NCBI GenBank assembly: GCA_049517335.1 | Contig: JBEKSD010000010.1 | Span: forward strand, 1-46,644 | Origin: Candidatus Omnitrophota bacterium | Lineage (GTDB): Bacteria > Omnitrophota > Gorgyraeia > Gygaellales > Profunditerraquicolaceae | Reading direction: 5' to 3' | Length of the DNA stretch: 46,644 nucleotides | Part shown: one piece after another, positions 35,818 to 45,324 of the stretch | How the letters are laid out: every line of letters starts with the position of its first letter | How positions within the stretch are numbered: the stretch's first letter is position 1 | The notes under the pieces: model-generated | Databases searched by the model: none | What the model was told of the DNA's origin: nothing | The model's input: only the letters and a program-made list of their open reading frames with translations | Made by a program: the position numbers and the translations under genes

Positions 35818-37573
35818 TTCCGATTCCGAGTTAAGCCAGCCCACACGGCGCGCCACGCTTGAGCTTTTAAATGTCGGTAAAAGATATGCTTTCCAAGGTA
35901 AGGCGGAGCGAGCGCACCTTGCTTTTGGGCAGGTTGATTTTTGGGCGCTTAAGGATGTAAGTTTCAGCGCTTTCGAAGGGGAAGCCTTGGGAATTATCGG
36001 CCGTAACGGCGCCGGAAAGACGACGTGTCTTAATGTTATTGCTGGCGTTTTATCTTCTACCGAAGGAGAAGTACGTGTTAGAGGTAAAGTACTCGGGTTG
36101 TTTAATCTGGGTGTGGGTTTTCAGGAAGAATTAAGCGGCAGAGAAAATATCTTTCTTAACGGAGCAATTCTTGGAGCAGAAAGAAAAGAGATAGAAGAAA
36201 AGCTTAATTCAATCATCGACTTCTCTGAGCTGGGGAAATTTATTGATATGCCTTTGGGCAGTTATTCGCAGGGGATGCGCCTGCGTCTTGCGTTTAGCAT
36301 TATGGCCAGCCTTGATTTTGACCTGTTGGTTATCGATGAGGTCTTAGCAGTGGGGGATATACTTTTCCAAAATAAGTGTTTTGAGCGACTGATGGATTTT
36401 AAGCGCCGTAACAAGACGCTGATATTTACTTCACAAGGGATGGATGTTATTGAACGGTTTTGCGACAGGGTAGTATGTCTTGATCATGGCCGCCTTATTT
36501 TTAGCGGTGCTGTGCAGGAAGGGATTAATCGTTACCGCGAGCTTCTCAACACCAAGAAGTTTTACGTGGGAATCCAAGAAGAGCGCCCCCCCCTGATTAC
36601 ACATACGAAAAAGTGGTTAGATGATATTCCTACCTGGGAACAGGTTACCGGAGCCAAGGAGGCTACAATCGATAGAGTGCGGTTCTTTGCTCGTTTCCAC
36701 AGAAGGCGCGATTCTCTTTATCCGGGGGAGCCTTTACGCGTAAAAATAGATTTTACTGTACGGGATAGAATAAGGGAACCCCATTTTGGAGTCGCTTTTT
36801 TCCGTAAAGACGGCGTTTATTGTTACGGGCCCAATACCGAGTTTGACGGCTATGTTTTCGGGGAACTAAAAAAAGGAAAAGGGCACTGTATATTTTTCTG
36901 TCCCCGTGTCAATCTTGCTCCGGGTGAATATAGCGTATCGGTTGCTATTTGGGATAAGCATGAAAAAATTGCCTATGATTATCACAATGGGTGTTATAAA
37001 ATGAGAATACAAGGTATCCCTCAGGCAGAAGAGCTCCTACGTTTGCCGTACCGCGAGAAATGGGCGGGCTGGAAAAAGTATTTGCAGAAGACATTCTTCC
37101 TTCGGAAAATTAATGCACGAATTTATGCCGTAGCCGAAAAGGACAAAAATGATATAGCGCTGGATAGCGTCAAGTGTGTTTCTTTTGATATCCTTGATTC
37201 CGCAGGGGAAAAACGGAATAATTTTTTTACAAATATTCCGGCTGAATTCGTAATGGAATTTAGCTTGTTTAAACAGCCGTCGCGTTCAAACGGATATTTT
37301 ATGTATTTGGGAATATATCGTGACGACGGAATTTTATGCCAGAGGTTTGTAGCTATGTTTAACGACCTGAATAAATGCATAATTGAAATCCCGCAACTTG
37401 CGTTATTACCGGGCGGGTATAGGATTTCAACCGGTATTTGGGATGCGCACGCTGGAAATTTCCTTTGGTTGCGCAACAATGCATATAGCCTGCAGATGAT
37501 TTTTGACCGCAAAGATCACGGGACAGTATACTTAAATCATAAATGGACTGTGTCGCAACAAAGTGATAACTAG
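35774..37573 (+). CDS. wzt: Polysaccharide ABC transporter ATPase (Wzt-type) with two tandem Wzt_C domains
   Basis: FWALKDVSF, GRNGAGKT, YSQGMRLRLAF, IDEVLAVGD; two C-terminal beta-sandwich repeats (..RKDG...LAPGEYSVSVAIWD; ..RDDG...LLPGGYRISTGIWD). Start could be ATG 35798. Confidence 0.92.
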   Translation: MKNAKVKLMITSHTDSDSELSQPTRRATLELLNVGKRYAFQGKAERAHLAFGQVDFWALKDVSFSAFEGEALGIIGRNGAGKTTCLNVIAGVLSSTEGEVRVRGKVLGLFNLGVGFQEELSGRENIFLNGAILGAERKEIEEKLNSIIDFSELGKFIDMPLGSYSQGMRLRLAFSIMASLDFDLLVIDEVLAVGDILFQNKCFERLMDFKRRNKTLIFTSQGMDVIERFCDRVVCLDHGRLIFSGAVQEGINRYRELLNTKKFYVGIQEERPPLITHTKKWLDDIPTWEQVTGAKEATIDRVRFFARFHRRRDSLYPGEPLRVKIDFTVRDRIREPHFGVAFFRKDGVYCYGPNTEFDGYVFGELKKGKGHCIFFCPRVNLAPGEYSVSVAIWDKHEKIAYDYHNGCYKMRIQGIPQAEELLRLPYREKWAGWKKYLQKTFFLRKINARIYAVAEKDKNDIALDSVKCVSFDILDSAGEKRNNFFTNIPAEFVMEFSLFKQPSRSNGYFMYLGIYRDDGILCQRFVAMFNDLNKCIIEIPQLALLPGGYRISTGIWDAHAGNFLWLRNNAYSLQMIFDRKDHGTVYLNHKWTVSQQSDN

Positions 37574-37581
37574 ACTTTAAA

Positions 37582-39108
37582 ATGATTTCTGACAAGATGC
37601 AAAACTTAAAATTTCTAAACCGGAAAGTATGGTTTTTTTTATTTTTTCTAACAGTAGTACTCATATTTAAAGGCAAATTTCTAAACCTGCCTCTTTTTTG
37701 GGATGAGACAAGTTATGTAGATAACTGTTTGCTCGTATTGAAGGATAATTTCAACCCTTTTATCGGTACTGTCTATTCATATAGGCCGCCCCTTATTTTT
37801 ATACTTACGGCATTGGTTTATAAAATATTCGGTTTTTCTATTATAGCTTCGCGTTTTCTTATGCCCGTATTTGGGTTTATTGCAGTCTGGTTTACTTTTC
37901 TAATAGGCGAGAAGTTATACGATAGGGAAACCGGCTTTTGGGCCGGTCTTCTGCTGTTTTCTTCGCCCATATTTTTTGCCCAAAGCGGCCTCCTGCTTGA
38001 AAGCATACCTGTTACGGCCCTTACCGCTTCCACTATTTATTTTTTTATTAAGGGCAGGAAAATAATGTATGTTATTTTTGCGGCATTATTAGCGCTAGTT
38101 AGAGAAGTTGGCGTGTTGGTTATAATAGCTATAGTCGGTTATGAGTTCCTGATTAACTTGGCAAAGTTTGTTATTCCTTCAAATAAGAGCCCGCTTTTTT
38201 ACAAAATAAAAATATTAGGATTAAAGACTCTATTTTATATTTTGCCTTTGATCTTTTTCCTTATATGGATTATATGTAATAAGTTATTCCTGGGTTGGTT
38301 CCTTTGGCCCATGAATGCCTTAATTTTAAAACAGTACGGGTTTTTCCCGGAATATATTAAAATGATTTTAGATAATGCTTTTTGGATACATTTCAGGTTT
38401 TTAATTTCAATTGCTATAGTAGCGGCACTCTTAACCTCTCTATTTAACCCTAAAATCAGGAATAGATTCTTGAAGAAAGAGTTTTTGCTTTTTCTTATCC
38501 TGACCTCCGGCATAACATTCTTCTATATGTGGGTTGAGGCAGTGAGAGATGCGTATGGTAATTTTGCGGTTTTACCGCGCTATTATCTGTTTTTACAGGT
38601 TTTGTTTTTTGTATTTGGCGCAGCCGCTATTGTCCGGATGTTTAACAATAAAGCTATACGTACCGTTATTTTTGCAGTTATCATAAGTCTTTTCGTCTAT
38701 TCTTGGTATACGCCTGATTTTAAATGGGCAGGAGAAAGGAATTTATCTTATCGCGACATAATTGAAGCCCATAAAGAGGCCGCGGAATTTTTAGAAAAGC
38801 ATTATTATTCCGCTGCTATTATTACTACTTGGCCAATTTATAGAGACTTGACTGAACTTAAATTGGGGTATGTGAAAAAGGTACTTCCGGAAGTATACGA
38901 CATAAATCACGAAGGCGTTAGTATTGATAAGCTAGCGGAAAGGATCCGGTCAAAAAAACTTACGGTAACAAAAAATGTAATTCTATTAGTGATACCTGCA
39001 AACGGGGTCCCTAATGAGGAAATGTTTAAATTTTTACGTAGGGGAAACAAGAATCTCCTTAAGGAGATAGATTTGGGCATAGAAAAGGTTTGGATATATT
39101 TGTTATGA
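37582..39108 (+). CDS. GT-C fold membrane glycosyltransferase (ArnT/PMT_2, GT39/83-like)
   Basis: WDE..Y, RPPL, KIFG.S...SR, PRY; about 11 TMs plus C-terminal soluble domain. Confidence 0.82.
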   Translation: MISDKMQNLKFLNRKVWFFLFFLTVVLIFKGKFLNLPLFWDETSYVDNCLLVLKDNFNPFIGTVYSYRPPLIFILTALVYKIFGFSIIASRFLMPVFGFIAVWFTFLIGEKLYDRETGFWAGLLLFSSPIFFAQSGLLLESIPVTALTASTIYFFIKGRKIMYVIFAALLALVREVGVLVIIAIVGYEFLINLAKFVIPSNKSPLFYKIKILGLKTLFYILPLIFFLIWIICNKLFLGWFLWPMNALILKQYGFFPEYIKMILDNAFWIHFRFLISIAIVAALLTSLFNPKIRNRFLKKEFLLFLILTSGITFFYMWVEAVRDAYGNFAVLPRYYLFLQVLFFVFGAAAIVRMFNNKAIRTVIFAVIISLFVYSWYTPDFKWAGERNLSYRDIIEAHKEAAEFLEKHYYSAAIITTWPIYRDLTELKLGYVKKVLPEVYDINHEGVSIDKLAERIRSKKLTVTKNVILLVIPANGVPNEEMFKFLRRGNKNLLKEIDLGIEKVWIYLL

Positions 39109-39132
39109 AGCTAAAAGATTAATTTTGTCCAA

Positions 39133-42100
39133 ATGAACGGAATTAATATGGCTAAGAAAATGTCTTTTGTAAGCATGATTATAGTTAATCATAACGGAAA
39201 GCGCTTTTTAAAAAACTGCTTTGATTCATTATTAACGCTGGATTATCCCAAGGATAGATTCGAGATTATTATGGTAGATAATTGTTCTCAAGACGGTTCC
39301 CCAGCTTTCGTAAAAAAATATTATCCCAAAGTTAAAATTATAGCTAATGATATTAATAATTATTGCAGGGCTAATAATCTGGGTATGAAGAAGGCGAAAG
39401 GCGAGTTTATCGCATTCTTAAATAACGACATTATCGTAGATAAGAAATGGCTTACAGAGTTAATACAATTTATTATTAAAGATAAATCTATAGGGGGAAT
39501 AGGAGGCAAAGTTCTGTTTACCGACGGGAAGATTCAAAGCGCAGGACATCAGGAGTACCCAAATTTTTATTGGGGAGACAGGGGATTCAGGGAGAAGGAT
39601 AACGGGCAATACGACTATATAACTGAAGTTCCGAGTCTATGCGGGGTTGCAGTAATATATAGGAAGAGCTGTCTTAACGATATAGGTTTTTTGGATGAAG
39701 ATTTTAATATGTATCTGGAAGACGTAGATATGGGCATAAGATGCGGTAAAAAATCATGGAAGTTATTGTTCTACCCTAAGAGCGTTGTCTATCATAAATT
39801 TCACGGCACCATAGGAATCGAAGAGAAAGCCCGGTTTTGGCAGGAAAAAAATAGACTACTTTTAATCGCAAAACACTGGCCAGATAAGTTGCCAGAGGCT
39901 ATCTCCGGAAGAGAATATTTTAAAGAACGGGATATATGCGACTTTGTATCTGGGGCTTATACTAAATTAATTGATGCTCACGGTATAGAAACAGCGAGAA
40001 AAATATCTCCGATGATATTTGAAGAGCTGAGAAAAATTTTTAATTATGAAGGAGGAATTCTCGCGCTTGATAATAAGATAAGTTTATCTGAAGTAAAACA
40101 ACAGAATATTGAAAAAAACAAAATAATTAGCTTTCTTAAAAGAGAATTGCAGAGAAAAGATAAGTGGCTAGAGCAGCTAAAAGACCTGGATATAGAAAAA
40201 AATCAACTGCTGGAAGATTCTAAACAACAGTTCCAGAGAGAATTGCAGAGAAAAGATAAGTGGCTAGAGCAGCTAAAAGACCTGGATATAGAAAAAAATC
40301 AACTGCTGGAAGATGCCAAGCAACAATTAAAGACGAAGGATGAATATTTAGGTCAATTAAAACAACAAGATGTGGAAAAGAATAATGCGTTGACAGAAGC
40401 CAGCCAGCAAATAAAGGCACAACATGAAACTATAGAGTGTCTAAAGCAGGAAAATAATGGTAAGAACGAAATAATAAACCAGTTACAAAAAGAGAATCAG
40501 CTATTGCAGCAGAATTTCAATCATATATCCGGGGAATTAAAAGGAGTTTATGGTTCAACCGGTTTTAGACTGATTCTAAAGCCTCTATGGACTATATTAT
40601 GGCAGATAAAACAGCCGTTGAAGAAATTACGCCCTAGGTTATTAAGCGGCTTGCAAGTTTTAAACACGTCTATTCCCAAGATTGCCGCTAGGATAAGGCA
40701 AGATATTGATATCGTAATCGCCAATAAGTGGTCGCAGGGGTACCTCCGCCATATATATAGAAAAAGTTTAGCACCCACTCCCAGGAAGCTGATTCTAAAG
40801 TTGACCTCAAAATGTAATTTGGACTGCCGGTTTTGCGATATCGCACGCCAAAATCATGGAAAAAAAGAACTATCGAAAGAGGAGGTATTTAGAATCATAG
40901 ATTCTGCTTCTAGGCTAGGCGTAGAGGAATTGGAGATTACCGGAGGGGAGCCGCTTCTTCACCCGGACTTATGGGAAATCGTAGAATACGCTTATGCAAA
41001 TAATATCGGCTCCAATGTTACTACAAACGGACTTTTAATTAAAGATCAGATAGACAAAATAATAAAATCTCCGGTGTGGAATATATGCATATCCGTAGAC
41101 GGCAAGCAGGAAACTCACGATAAGTTAAGAAACCGACAGGGAGCATACCAGGCGCTGATAGAGGCATTGGATTTGCTTAAGAATCATAAAAAGCATGTGG
41201 TTGTCGGTTTTGTGGTAACTAATGAAAATGTCCATGAATTAGAGGAAGTTTACAATTATTTTACAGGTAAAAATATCGATTTTGATTTCTGGCCCGTGAA
41301 TAACCAACCGGGGTTATATTTTAAAAACGAAAGACAAAACAAGCTGTTTGTAAATTTTGCAAATAAACTCAAGAGGATAGGAAAAATTTCTCCTGCCCGG
41401 CACCGGTATTATTTAAAAACGCTCGATTATTTTACGGATAACTTGCCTAAAAGAAGATGTCTGGGCCTCATTGACCATTTTGCCATTGATACAGAGGGCG
41501 AAATACTTCCTTGTTGCGTATGGGGAGCAAAACATTTAAATTTAGGTAATGCTTTAGGGGGCAACTTAGAAACAATCTGGTATTCAGAAGAATTTCGTAA
41601 AGCAAGAAAGGCGCTATTAGAACAGGGATGTTCGGAATGTTATAATACCGCTTTATGCCGTTTTCAGGAGGTAACCAAAAAACCGTTTTTGATAAATGGC
41701 AAGAAAGAATCTTTGAATAAAGTAGAAAAGCCTTCTAGAGTGCTTTTAAATGTAACCATAAAATGCAATCTTTCCTGCCTGCATTGCGATAACTGGAAAA
41801 TGAAGCCGCAAAAAGAGCTAACCTTTAAACAGATCAAGAAGATAATAGACGAACTAAGTAGGTGGCTTGACGAAGGGTTTGAACTTATTATAGGAGGCGG
41901 GGAGCCATTTATCCGGAAGGGCATCATAGATATTATTAAATACTGTAAGTCTAAAAAGATCCGCACTTCTGTTCCAACAAATGGTACCCTCCTTAATAAG
42001 GAATTATGCGACGAAATATTAGAATCAGGCATATCAAATCTAATCTTTTCTCTAGATGGCATTAACGCCCGAACCCATGATTTTTCAAGGGGCAAAAAAG

Positions 42101-42672
42101 GCGTTTTTGATAAGATTATGGCCGCCCTAACATATATCAATAAACATAGAAATAATAGATTCCCGTTAAATATAGCCACTATTTTAATGCAAACTAATTT
42201 AGATGAAATATTGGATTTAGTAAATCTTAGGCAAAGAGAAGGTTTAACGGGTATTTATTTTTTACCATTATCACAAAATTTTAATGCTTCTTATAATCCC
42301 GATTGGTATAAAAATAGTCCTTTATGGCCAAAAGATAGCAATAAGTTAAATGAGGTGATTGACCGCCTTATCCAATTAAAAAGAGAAAATTTCAGCTTGG
42401 TAGAAAATACGGTGGAACAACTTACTTTATTCAAGAAATATTATCACAACCCCAATAGTGAATTTCACGAACAGTGTACCGTTGGCAGAAGGATGTTTTC
42501 TATTACAGAGGACGGCCATATTCTTTTATGTCCGATGAGAGGGCCTATAGGGCATATAAAAAAGGACAGATTCGATAAAATCTGGCATTCCGTAAAAGCG
42601 CAGGAAGAAAGAAGAAAGAACGATTTATGCACAAAAAGCTGTAAGATATTGGGCTGTTATAATAATGAATGA
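39133..42672 (+). CDS. Multidomain protein: GT2 - coiled coil - radical SAM/SPASM - radical SAM/SPASM
   Basis: GT2 (VSMIIVNHN, VDN.S.DG, LNND, DEDF.MYLEDVD); about 140-aa heptad region; CNLDCRFC (40813-40836) + TGGEP + C..GEILPCC..CSEC.....C; CNLSCLHC (41764-41787) + GGGEP + C..GHILLC..CTKSC....C. Confidence 0.92.
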   Translation: MNGINMAKKMSFVSMIIVNHNGKRFLKNCFDSLLTLDYPKDRFEIIMVDNCSQDGSPAFVKKYYPKVKIIANDINNYCRANNLGMKKAKGEFIAFLNNDIIVDKKWLTELIQFIIKDKSIGGIGGKVLFTDGKIQSAGHQEYPNFYWGDRGFREKDNGQYDYITEVPSLCGVAVIYRKSCLNDIGFLDEDFNMYLEDVDMGIRCGKKSWKLLFYPKSVVYHKFHGTIGIEEKARFWQEKNRLLLIAKHWPDKLPEAISGREYFKERDICDFVSGAYTKLIDAHGIETARKISPMIFEELRKIFNYEGGILALDNKISLSEVKQQNIEKNKIISFLKRELQRKDKWLEQLKDLDIEKNQLLEDSKQQFQRELQRKDKWLEQLKDLDIEKNQLLEDAKQQLKTKDEYLGQLKQQDVEKNNALTEASQQIKAQHETIECLKQENNGKNEIINQLQKENQLLQQNFNHISGELKGVYGSTGFRLILKPLWTILWQIKQPLKKLRPRLLSGLQVLNTSIPKIAARIRQDIDIVIANKWSQGYLRHIYRKSLAPTPRKLILKLTSKCNLDCRFCDIARQNHGKKELSKEEVFRIIDSASRLGVEELEITGGEPLLHPDLWEIVEYAYANNIGSNVTTNGLLIKDQIDKIIKSPVWNICISVDGKQETHDKLRNRQGAYQALIEALDLLKNHKKHVVVGFVVTNENVHELEEVYNYFTGKNIDFDFWPVNNQPGLYFKNERQNKLFVNFANKLKRIGKISPARHRYYLKTLDYFTDNLPKRRCLGLIDHFAIDTEGEILPCCVWGAKHLNLGNALGGNLETIWYSEEFRKARKALLEQGCSECYNTALCRFQEVTKKPFLINGKKESLNKVEKPSRVLLNVTIKCNLSCLHCDNWKMKPQKELTFKQIKKIIDELSRWLDEGFELIIGGGEPFIRKGIIDIIKYCKSKKIRTSVPTNGTLLNKELCDEILESGISNLIFSLDGINARTHDFSRGKKGVFDKIMAALTYINKHRNNRFPLNIATILMQTNLDEILDLVNLRQREGLTGIYFLPLSQNFNASYNPDWYKNSPLWPKDSNKLNEVIDRLIQLKRENFSLVENTVEQLTLFKKYYHNPNSEFHEQCTVGRRMFSITEDGHILLCPMRGPIGHIKKDRFDKIWHSVKAQEERRKNDLCTKSCKILGCYNNE
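40141..40314 (+). repeat. Exact 78-bp direct repeat, 96-bp period, in the coiled coil
   Basis: 40141-40218 is identical to 40237-40314; encodes RELQRKDKWLEQLKDLDIEKNQLLED twice. Confidence 0.95.
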
Positions 42673-42746
42673 TTTTAAATTAATAAACCATAGAGTATTA
42701 ATCTTTTTAATAAGTATATATTTTTAACGTTCAAGAAAGATAAAAA

Positions 42747-43946
42747 TTGCCAAGAAGAATAAAAATTATTGTTAGTGACACAGATAAACTTTATCCTCCT
42801 ATATGGGGCGGGCCAAAGAGGATTTGGAATTTATATGGCAATTTTTCACAAGATAAGTTTGACATTGATTATGTGGGATGTGATTTTTCTCAAGAGTCAT
42901 TCAAAATTAATAAACTTGCTCCTAACTTCAGGGAATTTTTAGCACCGCGCCCTTATCATTATCGTAAGCTATGGAGCCCTCTGCATAAAAGATATTTTCA
43001 AGATTTACGCTTTGACGCTTTTGTTTACCTGATGATGTCTAGCGTAAAAGAGTTCGGGGAAGCGTTTAAGCAATTAAGAGCAGATATTTTAATCTCGTCT
43101 CATCCGTGGTCAGCCCCTTCTATGGAAAAGAAAAAAGGTCAGCTTTTTATATATGATGCTCATAACTGTGAATATAGCCTGACAAAGGCCCTGATTAAAA
43201 GGCATTCCTTATGCGGAGTTATCAGCCTATGGGTGAGGAATATAGAATCCGCAGCCTGTAAAAAAAGCGATATCATCCTTGTTTGTTCAAAACAGGAAAA
43301 GAATGAATTTATAAATCTATATGGTGTAAAAGAAAAAAAGATTCACATTATCCCTAACGGCGCTATTCCCCGTGTAATAAATACCAGCGAAGATAAAGCG
43401 GCGGCTAAAGAACGATTAGGGGTGAAAGATAGAAAAACAGCAGTCTTTATTGGCTCCTATTATGAACCCAATATACGGGCAGTGCGTTTTATTATAGACA
43501 ACTTAGCCTTCAATTTAAGCGAATATGATTTTCTAATTGGAGGCGCATCGTTAGAAAATGTATTCTCCGGCATCAATTTACCGGAGAATATAAAGTTTTA
43601 CGGCACGCTTTCCGAAGAAAAACTGGACTTGATTATGAAAGCAGCGGATATTGCTATTAACCCAGTGCTTATCGGCTCAGGTATTAATATCAAGATGCTG
43701 GATTATATGTCTTACGGTTTGCCTATCGTAACAACCGAATGCGGCGCCCGTGGGATTAATGCAAACGGCAAAATACCCATGATTATATCAACTCTGCAAA
43801 ACTTTGCTGATAATATAAGAAACTTTGGTGGCGATGGTGCTCTATATGCCAAGATGTCAGAAGATGCAAGATTGTTAGCTAATGAACAGTATAGCTGGAA
43901 AACAATAAGTAGCGAATTAGAAAAGTTAATTTTAGGGGCGTTATAA
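42747..43946 (+). CDS. Glycosyltransferase family 4
   Basis: YPP..GG..R, YDAHNCE, IIPNG, GSGINIKMLDYMS.GLPIVTT. Confidence 0.9.
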   Translation: MPRRIKIIVSDTDKLYPPIWGGPKRIWNLYGNFSQDKFDIDYVGCDFSQESFKINKLAPNFREFLAPRPYHYRKLWSPLHKRYFQDLRFDAFVYLMMSSVKEFGEAFKQLRADILISSHPWSAPSMEKKKGQLFIYDAHNCEYSLTKALIKRHSLCGVISLWVRNIESAACKKSDIILVCSKQEKNEFINLYGVKEKKIHIIPNGAIPRVINTSEDKAAAKERLGVKDRKTAVFIGSYYEPNIRAVRFIIDNLAFNLSEYDFLIGGASLENVFSGINLPENIKFYGTLSEEKLDLIMKAADIAINPVLIGSGINIKMLDYMSYGLPIVTTECGARGINANGKIPMIISTLQNFADNIRNFGGDGALYAKMSEDARLLANEQYSWKTISSELEKLILGAL

Positions 43947-43994
43947 CTTGGATCATCCTAAGGAATATTTTTATAATAAAGGGAAAATCTAAAA

Positions 43995-45296
43995 ATGAGT
44001 AAAGTTTTATTATTGGGAATATGTCCTTTACCGATAGAACAAGAAGAGATAATGAGCGCCTTAGGAATAAGGACATGGCAATTTACAAAGTCTCTTTTGG
44101 GAGACGGGCACGAAATATGCTTAGTGTGCTCCCAAAGGCCCGGTAGTTACGGTAAAAATGGAGTAAGAAATTCCGAGATAAGAAAACTTGAAAAAAGATT
44201 AATTTTCCATTCTTTATCCCAGGAGCAGATTTTAGATTTAGCCTATCTGCAGAAAATCTACGATGAATTGCAACCAGACTGTATTGTAAGCGCAGGCTCT
44301 TCTCTTTTGGGCTATGCTGTCGTTCAAATTAAAAGCAATGTACCTATTTGGATTGACCAGTGCGGTGAATTGACAGCGGAAGCACAGATGAAGGCTTTTA
44401 TTGAAAAGGATAATAAACACCTTTGTGGCTTTTTGAAAATAGATAAGCAGGTTCTTGAAAAGGGAGACGTTTTTTCTTCAATTTCCCCTGCGCAAAGATA
44501 TGCCTTAATAGGAAAATTAGGGATGAGTGGTAGACTCAATAAGGATACAGTCGGTTATGAGTTTGCGTATGTAATACCAAGCGGGGTAGATTATGTTGAC
44601 GATATAGAAAAAAGCACTGCAGCTAAAAGAATAATTCCAAGGGGTTCAGTAAAAGAAGATGACTTTGTAGTTTTATGGTCGGGTAGCTATAATACATGGA
44701 CCAACGTTGATGTTCTATTTTCTGCTCTGGAAAAGGCAATGGCTAATAATGAAAAAATAAAGTTTGTATCTACAGGGGGTAATGTCCCTCTTCATAATGA
44801 AATAACATATTCATATTTCCTGAAACTTATAGGCCAATCCCGTTTTAAGGAGAAGTTTATCATGTTAGGTTGGATTCCAACCAGGGATATGGTAAATTTA
44901 TACCTTGAAAGCAATCTGGGAATTAATATCGACAGGCCCTGTTATGAAGCAGAATTAGGCTGCCGTACTAGGGTCCTGGGATGGATGGGCGCGGGGTTGC
45001 CGGTATTAACTACAAAGTTCTGTGAATTGACTAAAATTTTGGAAAAGAATAAATTGGGGTTTATTTTTCCCGCAGAAGATGCAGAGGCGCTTTCAAACTC
45101 AATATTAGGCTTATCTTTTCAAAAAGGATTATTAAAAGAATATGCTCAAAGGGCAAAAAACTTTGTTAGGCAAGAATTTAGTTACGAAAATACTACCAGG
45201 CCGCTACGGGCATGGGTGAATAATCCAAGCCATTCCTTAGATAGGATTAAGACGACGCAAGAAATAACGACGCATAATAATATGAGTACTTTATAG
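43995..45296 (+). CDS. Glycosyltransferase family 4-like protein
   Basis: GIRTWQF, VLWSG.Y..W, F..LGWIP, E.ELG.RTR...W..AGLPVLTT, F.YE....PL. Confidence 0.8.
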   Translation: MSKVLLLGICPLPIEQEEIMSALGIRTWQFTKSLLGDGHEICLVCSQRPGSYGKNGVRNSEIRKLEKRLIFHSLSQEQILDLAYLQKIYDELQPDCIVSAGSSLLGYAVVQIKSNVPIWIDQCGELTAEAQMKAFIEKDNKHLCGFLKIDKQVLEKGDVFSSISPAQRYALIGKLGMSGRLNKDTVGYEFAYVIPSGVDYVDDIEKSTAAKRIIPRGSVKEDDFVVLWSGSYNTWTNVDVLFSALEKAMANNEKIKFVSTGGNVPLHNEITYSYFLKLIGQSRFKEKFIMLGWIPTRDMVNLYLESNLGINIDRPCYEAELGCRTRVLGWMGAGLPVLTTKFCELTKILEKNKLGFIFPAEDAEALSNSILGLSFQKGLLKEYAQRAKNFVRQEFSYENTTRPLRAWVNNPSHSLDRIKTTQEITTHNNMSTL

Positions 45297-45324
45297 GCTC
45301 TATATAGAAAATAGGAGGGTTAGT

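Noticed and set aside
40141-40314. CRISPR array or mobile-element repeat
   Set aside because: Two in-frame 78-bp copies within coding sequence, no unique spacer series and no cas genes.
39133-42672. Radical SAM/SPASM domains as RiPP maturases
   Set aside because: No RRE/PqqD domain or precursor peptide nearby, and the domains are fused to a GT2 in a wzm/wzt operon; a glycan substrate is more parsimonious, though unproven.
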